From a virus (taxonomy: Duplodnaviria; Heunggongvirae; Uroviricota; Caudoviricetes): DNA of 8,059 bases. Below are positions 1 through 6,744 of the stretch, one piece after another. Position 1 is the stretch's first letter. Every line of letters starts with the position of its first letter. The position numbers were made by a program, and so were the translations under genes. The notes beneath the pieces are model-generated. The model saw nothing but the letters and a program-made list of their open reading frames with translations. It searched no databases and had not been told where the DNA came from. The stretch is from positions 1 through 8,059 of IMG/VR virus record IMGVR_UViG_2737471861_000013; one strand, given 5' to 3'.

Positions 1-679
1 AGAATTTTTTGATGTTGTTAATCGCGGTACGGCTGTATCGTTCGCGCTGCTCGACGATCCCCAGCTTCACCATCTGGTGATATGCCTGATTAGCTGTCAG
101 GCGGATACCATACTGCTTCAGCAGTGCACTCAGTGACAGCGTGGGGCGGCTTGAGCCATCAGGCGCGTCAGCAGGAGCATCAATGGCATAGCGCGGTGCC
201 AGATTCGGTAAGCCAACAGCCTCCTGGAGTTTCTGACAGGCACCAAGCACTGAAGAGTTAGACAGGTTTAACTCCCTGCGCATAAAGTCCAGCAGAATCA
301 CTCCAGCCTGCATCTTGTCAGCAGCCTGCCCGGATAATTTTTCCGGTGCGCTGGTTACCATATCGAAAGTACGGATCACCTTCAGATGGAATGACGGGCT
401 GATCCACATTGCATAGGCATACACCAGTTCTTTGCAGACATACGTCCCCTGGTTATTTCCGCCATTAATGACGCTAACTGGTTGATTTTGTTCCAGAGGC
501 GGAATTCCCCCCTCGGTGAAAAGTTGTTCAATCAATTCACAGGTTTGCTTATTGGAGAGCCAGTATTTCGGGCGGTTTTTTTGTTCTCCCCCGGCTGCCC
601 TGTGCAGATCGTTCAGGCTGTAACGCCCATAAGCATCACGACGAACTTCAATACCATCAATGACCATCAGATTATTCAT
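1..679 (-). CDS. KilA-N domain antirepressor-like protein, 5' partial in window (N-terminus at 679, C-terminus beyond position 1)
   Basis: Hand translation of the minus strand from ATG 679..677 gives an open frame of at least 226 codons with no stop to position 1 (MNNLMVIDGIEVRRDAYGRYSLNDLHRAAGG...KNRPKYWLSNKQTCELIEQL...YAYAMWISPSFHLKVIRTF...). The YSLNDL, KYWLSN and WISPxFHLKVI motifs are typical of KilA-N domains as recalled. An AGGAG ribosome-binding site lies about 9 nt upstream. The ORF track omits it because there is no in-window stop. Confidence 0.55.
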   Translation of the reverse strand, partial: MNNLMVIDGIEVRRDAYGRYSLNDLHRAAGGEQKNRPKYWLSNKQTCELIEQLFTEGGIPPLEQNQPVSVINGGNNQGTYVCKELVYAYAMWISPSFHLKVIRTFDMVTSAPEKLSGQAADKMQAGVILLDFMRRELNLSNSSVLGACQKLQEAVGLPNLAPRYAIDAPADAPDGSSRPTLSLSALLKQYGIRLTANQAYHQMVKLGIVEQRERYSRTAINNIKKF

Positions 680-698
680 ACTTCGTTTCTCCTCTTGC

Positions 699-1088
699 TC
701 AGGCGGCTGCACCCGCCGTTTTCTCGTACTTACTGATAGTGATCTCGACCTTCCCTTCCGGGATAACCGGTCCCCACTCCACCAGCATTCTTTTCACCTG
801 GCTGTCGTCTTCCCACACACCCGCGTGGGTCAGAACGTCAAACAGCGCCTTGTTATAGTTGTCCAGATCGCGGATCCGGTTATCCGGAGGAAACAACACG
901 ATCTCCACTGAAGCAGGTGCCGACGTTGGTTTCGGCAGACGACGTAACTGTTCAACTATTGCTGCGCACGCCGCGCTCTGAAATTTTCGCCCCGCCGCGC
1001 TTATCAGGCTCTTACCTGCAAACGCCCCTTTGTTGGGGTGTCGCCAGTACGTGTTCACGCTGGGCGGAAAAGGCAGGATCAGCTTCAT
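699..1088 (-). CDS. rusA: RusA-family Holliday junction resolvase
   Basis: 129-aa ORF with LPFPPSVNTYWRH near the N-terminus, RDLDNYNKALFDVLT...GVWEDDSQV in the middle and a conserved C-terminal region, matching the RusA pattern. Its ATG overlaps the upstream stop as ATGA (translational coupling). Confidence 0.85.
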   Translation of the reverse strand: MKLILPFPPSVNTYWRHPNKGAFAGKSLISAAGRKFQSAACAAIVEQLRRLPKPTSAPASVEIVLFPPDNRIRDLDNYNKALFDVLTHAGVWEDDSQVKRMLVEWGPVIPEGKVEITISKYEKTAGAAA

Positions 1089-1738
1089 GCCACTATCTCC
1101 CTGACCAGCCGTTCTGCCTGCTGGCGAACCTGCGCCAGAAACGCCTCACCACATGCCTCAAGTTCATCGCGCCCGATGTAGCTGATTGCCGGTCCCTTCC
1201 AGGTCTTATCGAAAACAGCAATAGCACCAGCGAAGAAAGCACCTGTCGGCACCTGCTTCTCGTCTTTCGGGATAAACCAGGCAGGCAGTTCAAAACCAAT
1301 ACGCCCGCGAATAAAAGTAATATGGTCTGCATCTTCCGGCCACCACACTTCGCTGGTGGCAGCTTTGATCAGGAAAACATAGCGCCCGCCTTTATCACGC
1401 ATAGCACTGGCATGTTTCATGATGTAACGCATGCCGGTGATGTATTGCCCCTCATGCTGACTGGCGCGGCTGTATGGGGGATTACCAAAGGCAGCACCTT
1501 TAAGCTCCGCAAGACGTTCTGACCAGTCATGCGCCAGCGCGTTGTCTTCCGCCGTGTAATACGCGGCACATTTGGCGTTATCACCGTCGGTGAACAGATC
1601 CAGAACAAACGGGCCAAACAGGGTGTTAATTCCCCAGAAAATGTTGTCCGGCGTGCGCCACTGATCGCCCACTTCCTTCAGTTCATGGGCTGGTTTGTTC
1701 CGCAGTTCCACCAGCGCCTGGCAATATTTATTACTCAT
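1085..1738 (-). CDS. Phage-type DNA N6-adenine methyltransferase (Dam family)
   Basis: Contains the GNPPY catalytic motif (FGNPPYS) and DLFTDGDNAKCAAYYTAED in the pattern of phage Dam methylases. The track ORF begins at 1771, but the ATG at 1738 (MSNKYCQ...) is preceded by a GGGGG ribosome-binding site and overlaps the upstream TAA as TAATG, so 1738 is preferred. Confidence 0.8.
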   Translation of the reverse strand: MSNKYCQALVELRNKPAHELKEVGDQWRTPDNIFWGINTLFGPFVLDLFTDGDNAKCAAYYTAEDNALAHDWSERLAELKGAAFGNPPYSRASQHEGQYITGMRYIMKHASAMRDKGGRYVFLIKAATSEVWWPEDADHITFIRGRIGFELPAWFIPKDEKQVPTGAFFAGAIAVFDKTWKGPAISYIGRDELEACGEAFLAQVRQQAERLVREIVA

Positions 1739-2226
1739 TAAGCCCCCACGTAATTCCCTGACAGATACCACTCTTCACCTGATGCAGCCCGCTTGCTGCT
1801 TTTCCGTAAACACCGTTCACGACGCGCAAGAAAATTGTTTCGCTCTGGCTGGGAGTGGCTTTCACGGAATGCCTCCATCCACACCGTTGCAGCACGACGG
1901 TATAAGCCCCTGGACTCCAGTTCTTCCGCCTGGCGGCTCAGGCACAAAATCACCCGCGGGTCGTTAGTGCCGACATAGAAATTGCGCACAGGTCTGGTTT
2001 CACGAACTGGTTGTGGTTCCGGATCCTGCGCTCTCTCAGTCAGGCGCGGGAAATGTCTGCGTGTATCCCCTTCACAACGGTGAGCCACACGCCCACTCTG
2101 ACGTAACTTGCTTGCTGACTGCAGAACGCGCTGCCGTGAGTAACCTGCAAAAGCATCCGCAATGTCTCCGGAAGTACACCCCGGATGGGCTTCAATGTAT
2201 TTCTGAACTTCATTCAAAAGACTCAT
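1738..2226 (-). CDS. Putative regulator: N-terminal winged-helix-like region fused to an ANR/PerC-like C-terminal motif
   Basis: ORF in the nin-like position. The C-terminal segment AEELESRGLYRRAATVWMEAFRESHSQPERNNFLARRERCLRK fits the LE-G-Y-AA-W-A ... N-F-A-RRERC pattern recalled for small ANR/PerC-type regulators; the N-terminal roughly 50 aa look like a wHTH. Start chosen at ATG 2226; GTG 2232 is an alternative. Confidence 0.5.
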   Translation of the reverse strand: MSLLNEVQKYIEAHPGCTSGDIADAFAGYSRQRVLQSASKLRQSGRVAHRCEGDTRRHFPRLTERAQDPEPQPVRETRPVRNFYVGTNDPRVILCLSRQAEELESRGLYRRAATVWMEAFRESHSQPERNNFLARRERCLRKSSKRAASGEEWYLSGNYVGA

Positions 2227-2228
2227 GA

Positions 2229-3170
2229 TCACCCCCTGAATCCTGCCGGGATCTGGCTGTAGTCCACGTTGTCGTAACTGGCTTTGAAGTACGGGTCTTC
2301 GCGTTTTTCTGTGTACGTGCTGACGGACGGCGATAAGCGCAGGGAAAGCTCATCCCATTTTTCCCGCAGCTTCGACGGGCTGAGCACGTTACGGCACCAG
2401 AACGGATCGCGGCTGACGCGGCTGTACATCTCGCAGATTTGTTTGTGAGTACGACCATCCTGCACACACATCAGGCGAATTTCGTTTGCCCAGGCTGTCC
2501 AGTTCGGTTCTTTGGGACGAACCACCTCGCCGTCACATTCGGCGGCCTGCTCGTACAGGGCGATGATTTTTTTCCAGAGCCACTGTGCGCAGGTCAAATC
2601 ATCCTGCGTTCCCCACTGGCGCTTTTTAGGGCTGAATACAACCGCATCAGGATGGCGAGTTAAAAACTCCTGTTCAGCCGTCTGCGTGTCCGGTTGCGAA
2701 GCGTCCGGACGAGAAGTTTTTTTATCTGACGGATCATGTTTTGATTTTACTGACGGATCCCCGCCAGATTCTGACGGGTGAAAACCCGCTTTTTTGCCAG
2801 ATTTCGACGCATCAAATTTTGACGGGTCAGATTTTGATGCGTCAGATTTTGACGGGTCAGAATCTGACAGTTGAGAAAATGCCGCTGCCTGAAGCTTCGC
2901 AACGTTAAGCTGATAAACATTCGACGCATTGCGGTTACCCTGGCGACGCGCCTTACGCGTTAACCAGCCTTCTGCTTCCAGCCGTGCGATAGCCGTCCTG
3001 ACGGTACTCATCCCCGCGCCAATCTGGCGGGCAATGGTTTCAATTGATGGCCAGCACACACCTTCGTCATTACTGAAATCAGCCAGGCGGGCCATAATTG
3101 CCACGCTGGATAATTTCATGCCTGACGCTGCGCAACCATCCCATACATAGCCGGTTAATTTAGTGCTCAT
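2229..3170 (-). CDS. Replication initiator (lambda O-like replisome organiser): N-terminal HTH DNA-binding domain, repetitive linker, C-terminal protein-interaction domain
   Basis: 313-aa ORF preceded by a GAGGT ribosome-binding site. The N-terminus has an HTH-like segment (SIETIARQIGAGMSTVRTAIARLEAEGWL). A low-complexity DPSKSDASKSDPSKFDASKS linker is encoded by tandem DNA repeats, as ori iterons lie inside lambda O. It sits directly downstream of the cro/cII-like genes. Confidence 0.75.
   Translation of the reverse strand: MSTKLTGYVWDGCAASGMKLSSVAIMARLADFSNDEGVCWPSIETIARQIGAGMSTVRTAIARLEAEGWLTRKARRQGNRNASNVYQLNVAKLQAAAFSQLSDSDPSKSDASKSDPSKFDASKSGKKAGFHPSESGGDPSVKSKHDPSDKKTSRPDASQPDTQTAEQEFLTRHPDAVVFSPKKRQWGTQDDLTCAQWLWKKIIALYEQAAECDGEVVRPKEPNWTAWANEIRLMCVQDGRTHKQICEMYSRVSRDPFWCRNVLSPSKLREKWDELSLRLSPSVSTYTEKREDPYFKASYDNVDYSQIPAGFRG
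2721..2875. repeat. Tandem iteron-like repeats (about 8 copies of a ~15-bp unit, consensus near ATTTTGACGGGTCAG) inside the initiator gene; candidate origin of replication
   Basis: Visible directly: ...atctgacggatc / tactgacggatcc / attctgacgggtg / atttcgacgcatc / attttgacgggtcag / attttgatgcgtcag / attttgacgggtcag / aatctgacagttg. An A/T run (agtttttttatc) lies at the low-coordinate edge. Confidence 0.6.
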
Positions 3171-3179
3171 GACCGACCT

Positions 3180-3518
3180 CTATTTCCATGAATTTACGAC
3201 GAAACTGTTCGAGCGGGCTGAAGCACTCATGCTCATAGCCTTCACGGAGGTAGATAACCCGTTGTGTTTCCGGCTCCCAACGAATGACTCTGACGGGCAC
3301 TCCGTAGTGATCTTTGAACCAGCGGTTAACTTGTCGCAAAGGACTGTCTCCTTCTGCCGGTTGAAATCCCCCACAGCCCACTCTGCAAAGCTGTGGGTTA
3401 CAATTTCCCTGTCACCTGGTACATTCACTGCATAGCAATACTCCACCTTCGCTTTTCCACCCGGTACAGGAAGCGCAATCAGTTGCGAGCGACGGTAGTG
3501 TGTTGTTAAACTGTTCAT
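3180..3518 (-). CDS. Hypothetical small protein (reading frame of the C-terminal half uncertain)
   Basis: The ATG at 3518 overlaps the upstream stop as ATGA, and the TAG stop sits inside the ribosome-binding site of the initiator gene, so the operon architecture fits. However, the C-terminal half is Ser-rich, and an alternative frame over 3160..3381 gives a more protein-like sequence (see findings). Confidence 0.4.
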   Translation of the reverse strand: MNSLTTHYRRSQLIALPVPGGKAKVEYCYAVNVPGDREIVTHSFAEWAVGDFNRQKETVLCDKLTAGSKITTECPSESFVGSRKHNGLSTSVKAMSMSASARSNSFVVNSWK

Positions 3519-4066
3519 GCGTTAGTTTCTCCACAGTCACGACACGCCACGGCGCCCGGAGCTGCACACTCGCGGGCGTCATTACTTTCTGAAATGCAAA
3601 AAATTTTGTAGACCAGTGCTGCATGCTCCTGCAGCTTCGAAATTGAGAGGTACAGCTCGTCGTTAATTGCTGTCTTCTCATGCGGTTCCACTACACCGTC
3701 TTCAATTGCTGAACGAATCTGTTTTGAATAACTGCCGATCTGTTCAATGACCTCCAGCAGGCGTTGGTTGATATCGGCGTTGTCCACATCCTCGATATCA
3801 GGAAGAGACACAAAGACGCCATTTGCAGACTGCGCCACAGCGTCAGCAATGAAGTGAGTTCCACCAGCACGTTGCAAAATCATTGCCCATCCCAGCGGGA
3901 AAATCTGATCGCCATCGGCACGAAGGCGGTTAAATAATGCGTTCTCTGTTACGTCCAGCCAGTCAGCAGCTTCAGCGTAACCCCCCGGCAACGCTGCGAT
4001 AGTTTTTCTGACAGCTTTCACGTACCACTCAGGCTGTTTTTCTACTTTCCAGTGATGCTTACCCAC
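3515..4066 (-). CDS. YdaT-like (CII-position) regulatory protein, with a C-terminal Cys cluster
   Basis: Second gene of the early operon after the YdaS/Cro-like gene. The track ORF starts at 4177 and would overlap the cro-like gene by about 80 nt. A GTG at 4066 is preceded by a strong GAGGAG ribosome-binding site with 6-nt spacing, so that start is preferred. The C-terminus carries C-x8-C-x7-C-x2-C. Confidence 0.5.
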   Translation of the reverse strand: MGKHHWKVEKQPEWYVKAVRKTIAALPGGYAEAADWLDVTENALFNRLRADGDQIFPLGWAMILQRAGGTHFIADAVAQSANGVFVSLPDIEDVDNADINQRLLEVIEQIGSYSKQIRSAIEDGVVEPHEKTAINDELYLSISKLQEHAALVYKIFCISESNDARECAAPGAVACRDCGETNA

Positions 4067-4094
4067 GGTTAACTCCTCGTTTCTGTGGTTACGT

Positions 4095-4358
4095 TTACGC
4101 AGCTGAACCGCTAACTTTTGAATAGCACTCAGGTAATCCATCATTTGGATTGGGGTAAATATCAGGACGCAGTTCATGAGGGGTCACGGACCAGTTTCCC
4201 AACTCACAAAGTTGTAAAACCCGTTCTGACGGGACTTGATTGTTAATTACCCAATTAGCGACGGATTGAGTGGACTTAAAACCAAAGTGACGGGCTACTT
4301 CAGATAAAGATTTTCCCGCAGCTTTTACTGCTTTCTCTGTGTAGTTTTGAGATGACAT
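4095..4358 (-). CDS. Cro/YdaS-family HTH regulator (first gene of the early-right operon)
   Basis: 87-aa protein with an HTH (GKSLSEVARHFGFKSTQSVANWV) and an ELRPDI motif as recalled for YdaS-type proteins. It is divergent from the repressor gene across an operator-bearing intergenic region, with a GAGGAGAAAGG ribosome-binding site upstream. Confidence 0.75.
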   Translation of the reverse strand: MSSQNYTEKAVKAAGKSLSEVARHFGFKSTQSVANWVINNQVPSERVLQLCELGNWSVTPHELRPDIYPNPNDGLPECYSKVSGSAA

Positions 4359-4388
4359 ACCTTTCTCCTCTGAAATTCAGAGGGATGA

Positions 4389-4426
4389 TGCTACTTAAAA
4401 TAGCAAAATGCAACTACTTAAAATAG
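4389..4426. promoter_or_regulatory. OR-like operator region: two tandem copies of the CTACTTAAAATAG core, 23 bp apart, between the divergent cro-like and repressor genes
   Basis: TGCTACTTAAAATAGCA (4389..4405) is a 17-bp near-palindrome, 14/17 self-complementary. A second copy, CTACTTAAAATAG, lies at 4414..4426. The same motif recurs at 6636..6652. Confidence 0.55.
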
Positions 4427-5169
4427 AAATGACTAGCGTATGTGATGCGAGTAATCTTCTACCTATGGTAGAAGAACAGAAGTATCCAGATTTCGCCAAG
4501 AGACTAAATGAGCTAATGACAAACAAGGGAATTTCTGTCACCCAACTCAAAAGTCTTGTGGGCGTTACATATGAAATGGCGCGGCGATACACAATCGGCG
4601 CTGCGAAGCCTCGTGCCTCTGTCATGAATAAACTTGCATTGGCTCTGGGGGTATCAGCTTCATATTTAGAATATGGTGTTGGCGAGAGAGAAGGATGTAA
4701 GGAAATGGCAAGCATCCCCAATCCAACAAAACCCGATGTATACAGGATAGAAGTTTTGGATCTTAGCGTTAGCGCAGGACCTGGGACCTATATGCTTTCA
4801 GACTATGTTGATGTGCTCTACGCCATTGAGTTCACAACAGAGCATGCCCGTTCTCTTTTCGGTAATCGTTCTCAAGATGATATTAAAGTTATGACTGTAA
4901 ATGGCGACAGCATGTCCCCTACTCTAGTTTCCGGAGATCGACTGTTTGTCGACATTTCTGTTCGCAACTTCCAAACTGATGGTGTTTACTCTTTCGTTTA
5001 TGGTAAGACGTTCCACGTTAAACGTCTACAAATGCAAGGCAACAAACTCGCCGTTCTTTCGGATAATCCAGCCTATGAGAAATGGTACATTGATGAGAAG
5101 TCCCAAGATCAACTTTATGTTATGGGCAAAGCATTGATACACGAATCAATTAAATACAACCGGCTTTAG
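4408..5169 (+). CDS. cI: CI-type prophage repressor (N-terminal HTH, C-terminal S24 LexA-like autopeptidase)
   Basis: HTH segment FAKRLNELMTNKGISVTQLKSLVGVTYEMARRY; S24 motifs GDSM (catalytic Ser) and VKRL (catalytic Lys); candidate Ala-Gly autocleavage site (SVSAGPG). No ribosome-binding site precedes any candidate start, consistent with a leaderless transcript. The true start may be ATG 4429 or 4465 rather than 4408. Confidence 0.85.
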   Translation: MQLLKIEMTSVCDASNLLPMVEEQKYPDFAKRLNELMTNKGISVTQLKSLVGVTYEMARRYTIGAAKPRASVMNKLALALGVSASYLEYGVGEREGCKEMASIPNPTKPDVYRIEVLDLSVSAGPGTYMLSDYVDVLYAIEFTTEHARSLFGNRSQDDIKVMTVNGDSMSPTLVSGDRLFVDISVRNFQTDGVYSFVYGKTFHVKRLQMQGNKLAVLSDNPAYEKWYIDEKSQDQLYVMGKALIHESIKYNRL

Positions 5170-5339
5170 TTCTTCGTTTAGACTATAGAACTAAAGGTAA
5201 AAAAATAATATTTAGCAAGCAAGTGCTATTACTAATAGTTGTTTTACTCTCTTATTTTTATTAAACATTATCATTAACAATATAAAATAATCACCCTGCG
5301 TAAATTACAATATGCTGGGGGTCGAAAGGATAGAGAAAT

Positions 5340-6416
5340 ATGACAAAATCAATTTGTTTTTTTAATCATAAAGGTGGGGTAAGTAAAACCACAACAACCT
5401 TCAATCTTGGATGGGCACTTGCGGATGAAGGCAAGAAAGTATTGATGGTTGACCTTGATTCGCAATGTAATCTAACAGGAATGGTTCTTGGCTATGAAAA
5501 GATTGATGAGGGTTTAGATTCTTTTTATTCTAGCAGAGATAACTTAACTCTTGGACCTATTGTAGAATATTTGATTAATGGCGGACAACCTGAAGCATAC
5601 CTTGAAAAAGAAACGGGAAAATTACACCCTACACTGCATGAAAACCTTCTGCTTCTTCCCGGACATTTAGATGTTTCGGACTTAGATTCACAGATAAGTG
5701 TTTCTCTAAAAATTGCTGCTGGTATTCCTGCTACAAGAAATATACCAGGGAACCTGCCAAAAATATTACAGCTAATCGCCATGAAGAATAATATTGATTA
5801 CATTCTTTATGATCTCAGCCCTAATGTTGGAGGTTTAAATGAAGTAGTTCTCATGTCAAGTGACTATTTTATCGTACCTGTAGCTCCAGACTTTTTTTGC
5901 TGGCAAGCAATTCGCTCTCTCTCAAAAAATATACCTCGCTGGCACAAAGAATTAGCATTATTTAAAGAAAATAATGATGGTAACTCTTCACAATCAATTA
6001 AAAATGCACCGCAGTTTCTAGGTATGATTCAGCAGAGATACAGGCCGCGTAAAGGAGCACCTGTAAAATCTTTCGAAAAATGGATGGCAGCTATCCGTGA
6101 TGCTGTTGATTCGATCTTAGTGCCAAATCTAGAAAAAATTACCTGCATAATTCCACGAGATAAAGTGCAACATGCAATTAACAAAACAACAGTCAGTGGA
6201 GATTTATCAGCCTATGATCTTGCGCATATTTCCGATTTCAACTCATTAATCGCAATAAGCCAACAACTAGCGACACCTGTTTTCTCCATCAGTGATCAGC
6301 AAATTCGCGATTCAGGGCAATTTGGGCATGCCTTAAATACAATGAAATCAAGCAGAGACGCCTTTAACGAACAATTTAAAGGGCTGGCTCAACGAGTTCT
6401 AGAACTTACAAAGTAA
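5340..6416 (+). CDS. Orphan ParA/MinD-family (SIMIBI) ATPase with a ~100-aa C-terminal extension; no adjacent ParB
   Basis: Deviant Walker A KGGVSKTT at residues 11-18, an A'-like VLMVDLDSQCN and a B-like IDYILYDLSPN. Ribosome-binding site AAAGGA about 9 nt upstream. Markedly AT-rich compared with the replication region. Lies between the repressor gene and the left operator. Confidence 0.8.
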   Translation: MTKSICFFNHKGGVSKTTTTFNLGWALADEGKKVLMVDLDSQCNLTGMVLGYEKIDEGLDSFYSSRDNLTLGPIVEYLINGGQPEAYLEKETGKLHPTLHENLLLLPGHLDVSDLDSQISVSLKIAAGIPATRNIPGNLPKILQLIAMKNNIDYILYDLSPNVGGLNEVVLMSSDYFIVPVAPDFFCWQAIRSLSKNIPRWHKELALFKENNDGNSSQSIKNAPQFLGMIQQRYRPRKGAPVKSFEKWMAAIRDAVDSILVPNLEKITCIIPRDKVQHAINKTTVSGDLSAYDLAHISDFNSLIAISQQLATPVFSISDQQIRDSGQFGHALNTMKSSRDAFNEQFKGLAQRVLELTK

Positions 6417-6423
6417 TGCATGT

Positions 6424-6459
6424 GCCCGGCCGCATAACCGGGCTTTACTCTTCTTTCTC
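6424..6459 (+). terminator. Rho-independent terminator candidate after the ParA-like gene
   Basis: GCCCGG-ccgcataa-CCGGGC hairpin (6-bp GC stem) followed by the T-rich tract TTTACTCTTCTTTCTC, 8 nt after the stop codon. Confidence 0.55.
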
Positions 6460-6635
6460 CCTGATTAATCTCATAAAAAACTCCCTCCTCATAATTCACT
6501 ATGCTCAATACCTACTCCAACTTCGTGCGATATTTTCAGTTTACAGCATAGTAAATCAGCAAAAACATTTAACTTTCAATTAATTATAGAAAAATCATAG
6601 ACAACAACAAATATCTACTTTTTGTTGTTGATTTT

Positions 6636-6652
6636 TGCTACTTTAAGTAGCA
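6636..6652. promoter_or_regulatory. OL-like operator: 17-bp palindrome TGCTACTTTAAGTAGCA matching the OR sites, with nearby half-sites
   Basis: Near-perfect dyad sharing the TGCTACTT...AAGTAGCA arms with 4389..4405. Extra half-sites CTACTT (~6615) and AAGTAGC (~6695). Overlaps -35/-10-like hexamers (TTGCTA ... CATAAT/ATGTAA). A 10-bp palindrome CAACAACAAA/TTTGTTGTTG lies at 6602..6630. Confidence 0.5.
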
Positions 6653-6744
6653 ACATAATGTAAGCTATCACGAACAGGCAGGACGCCCACGAAGTAGCCG
6701 CCTGGGGCATATGAAGTCCAGGATGATTCGTTAGCAACAAAAAA

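Noticed and set aside
482-2228. Plus-strand track ORFs 482..736, 660..911, 917..1522, 1529..1741, 1695..1967, 1793..1978, 2013..2228
   Set aside because: All lie antisense to well-supported minus-strand genes (KilA-N, RusA, Dam, ANR-like). Their translations are Arg/Ser/Pro/Leu-rich with no motifs or ribosome-binding sites. Shadow ORFs.
2721-2875. CRISPR array
   Set aside because: The repeats are about 15 bp, contiguous, lack unique spacers of 30-40 bp, and lie inside a coding sequence. They are iterons, not CRISPR repeats.
2439-3435. Plus-strand track ORFs 2439..2663, 2512..2781, 2929..3150, 3163..3435 and minus-strand ORF 2747..2929
   Set aside because: Antisense or alternative-frame readings inside the initiator gene. 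The 2747..2929 ORF (QNLT repeats) is just the iteron array read in another frame.
1093-4177. Minus-strand alternative-frame ORFs 1093..1332, 1417..1617, 2210..2467, 3412..3681 and the long 5' extension 4067..4177 of the YdaT-like ORF
   Set aside because: Out of frame with, or overlapping, better-supported genes. Low-complexity translations. The 4067..4177 extension would overlap the cro-like gene and has no ribosome-binding site.
5170-5200. Terminator after the repressor gene (TAGTTCT-n13-AGAACTA hairpin)
   Set aside because: The hairpin has an AT-rich 7-bp stem and a 13-nt loop and is followed by an A-rich rather than U-rich tract. Not convincing as an intrinsic terminator; could be a weak attenuator or protein-binding palindrome.
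4946-5782. Track ORFs 4946..5137 (+) and 5525..5782 (-)
   Set aside because: Alternative-frame and antisense ORFs inside the repressor gene and the ParA-like gene respectively.
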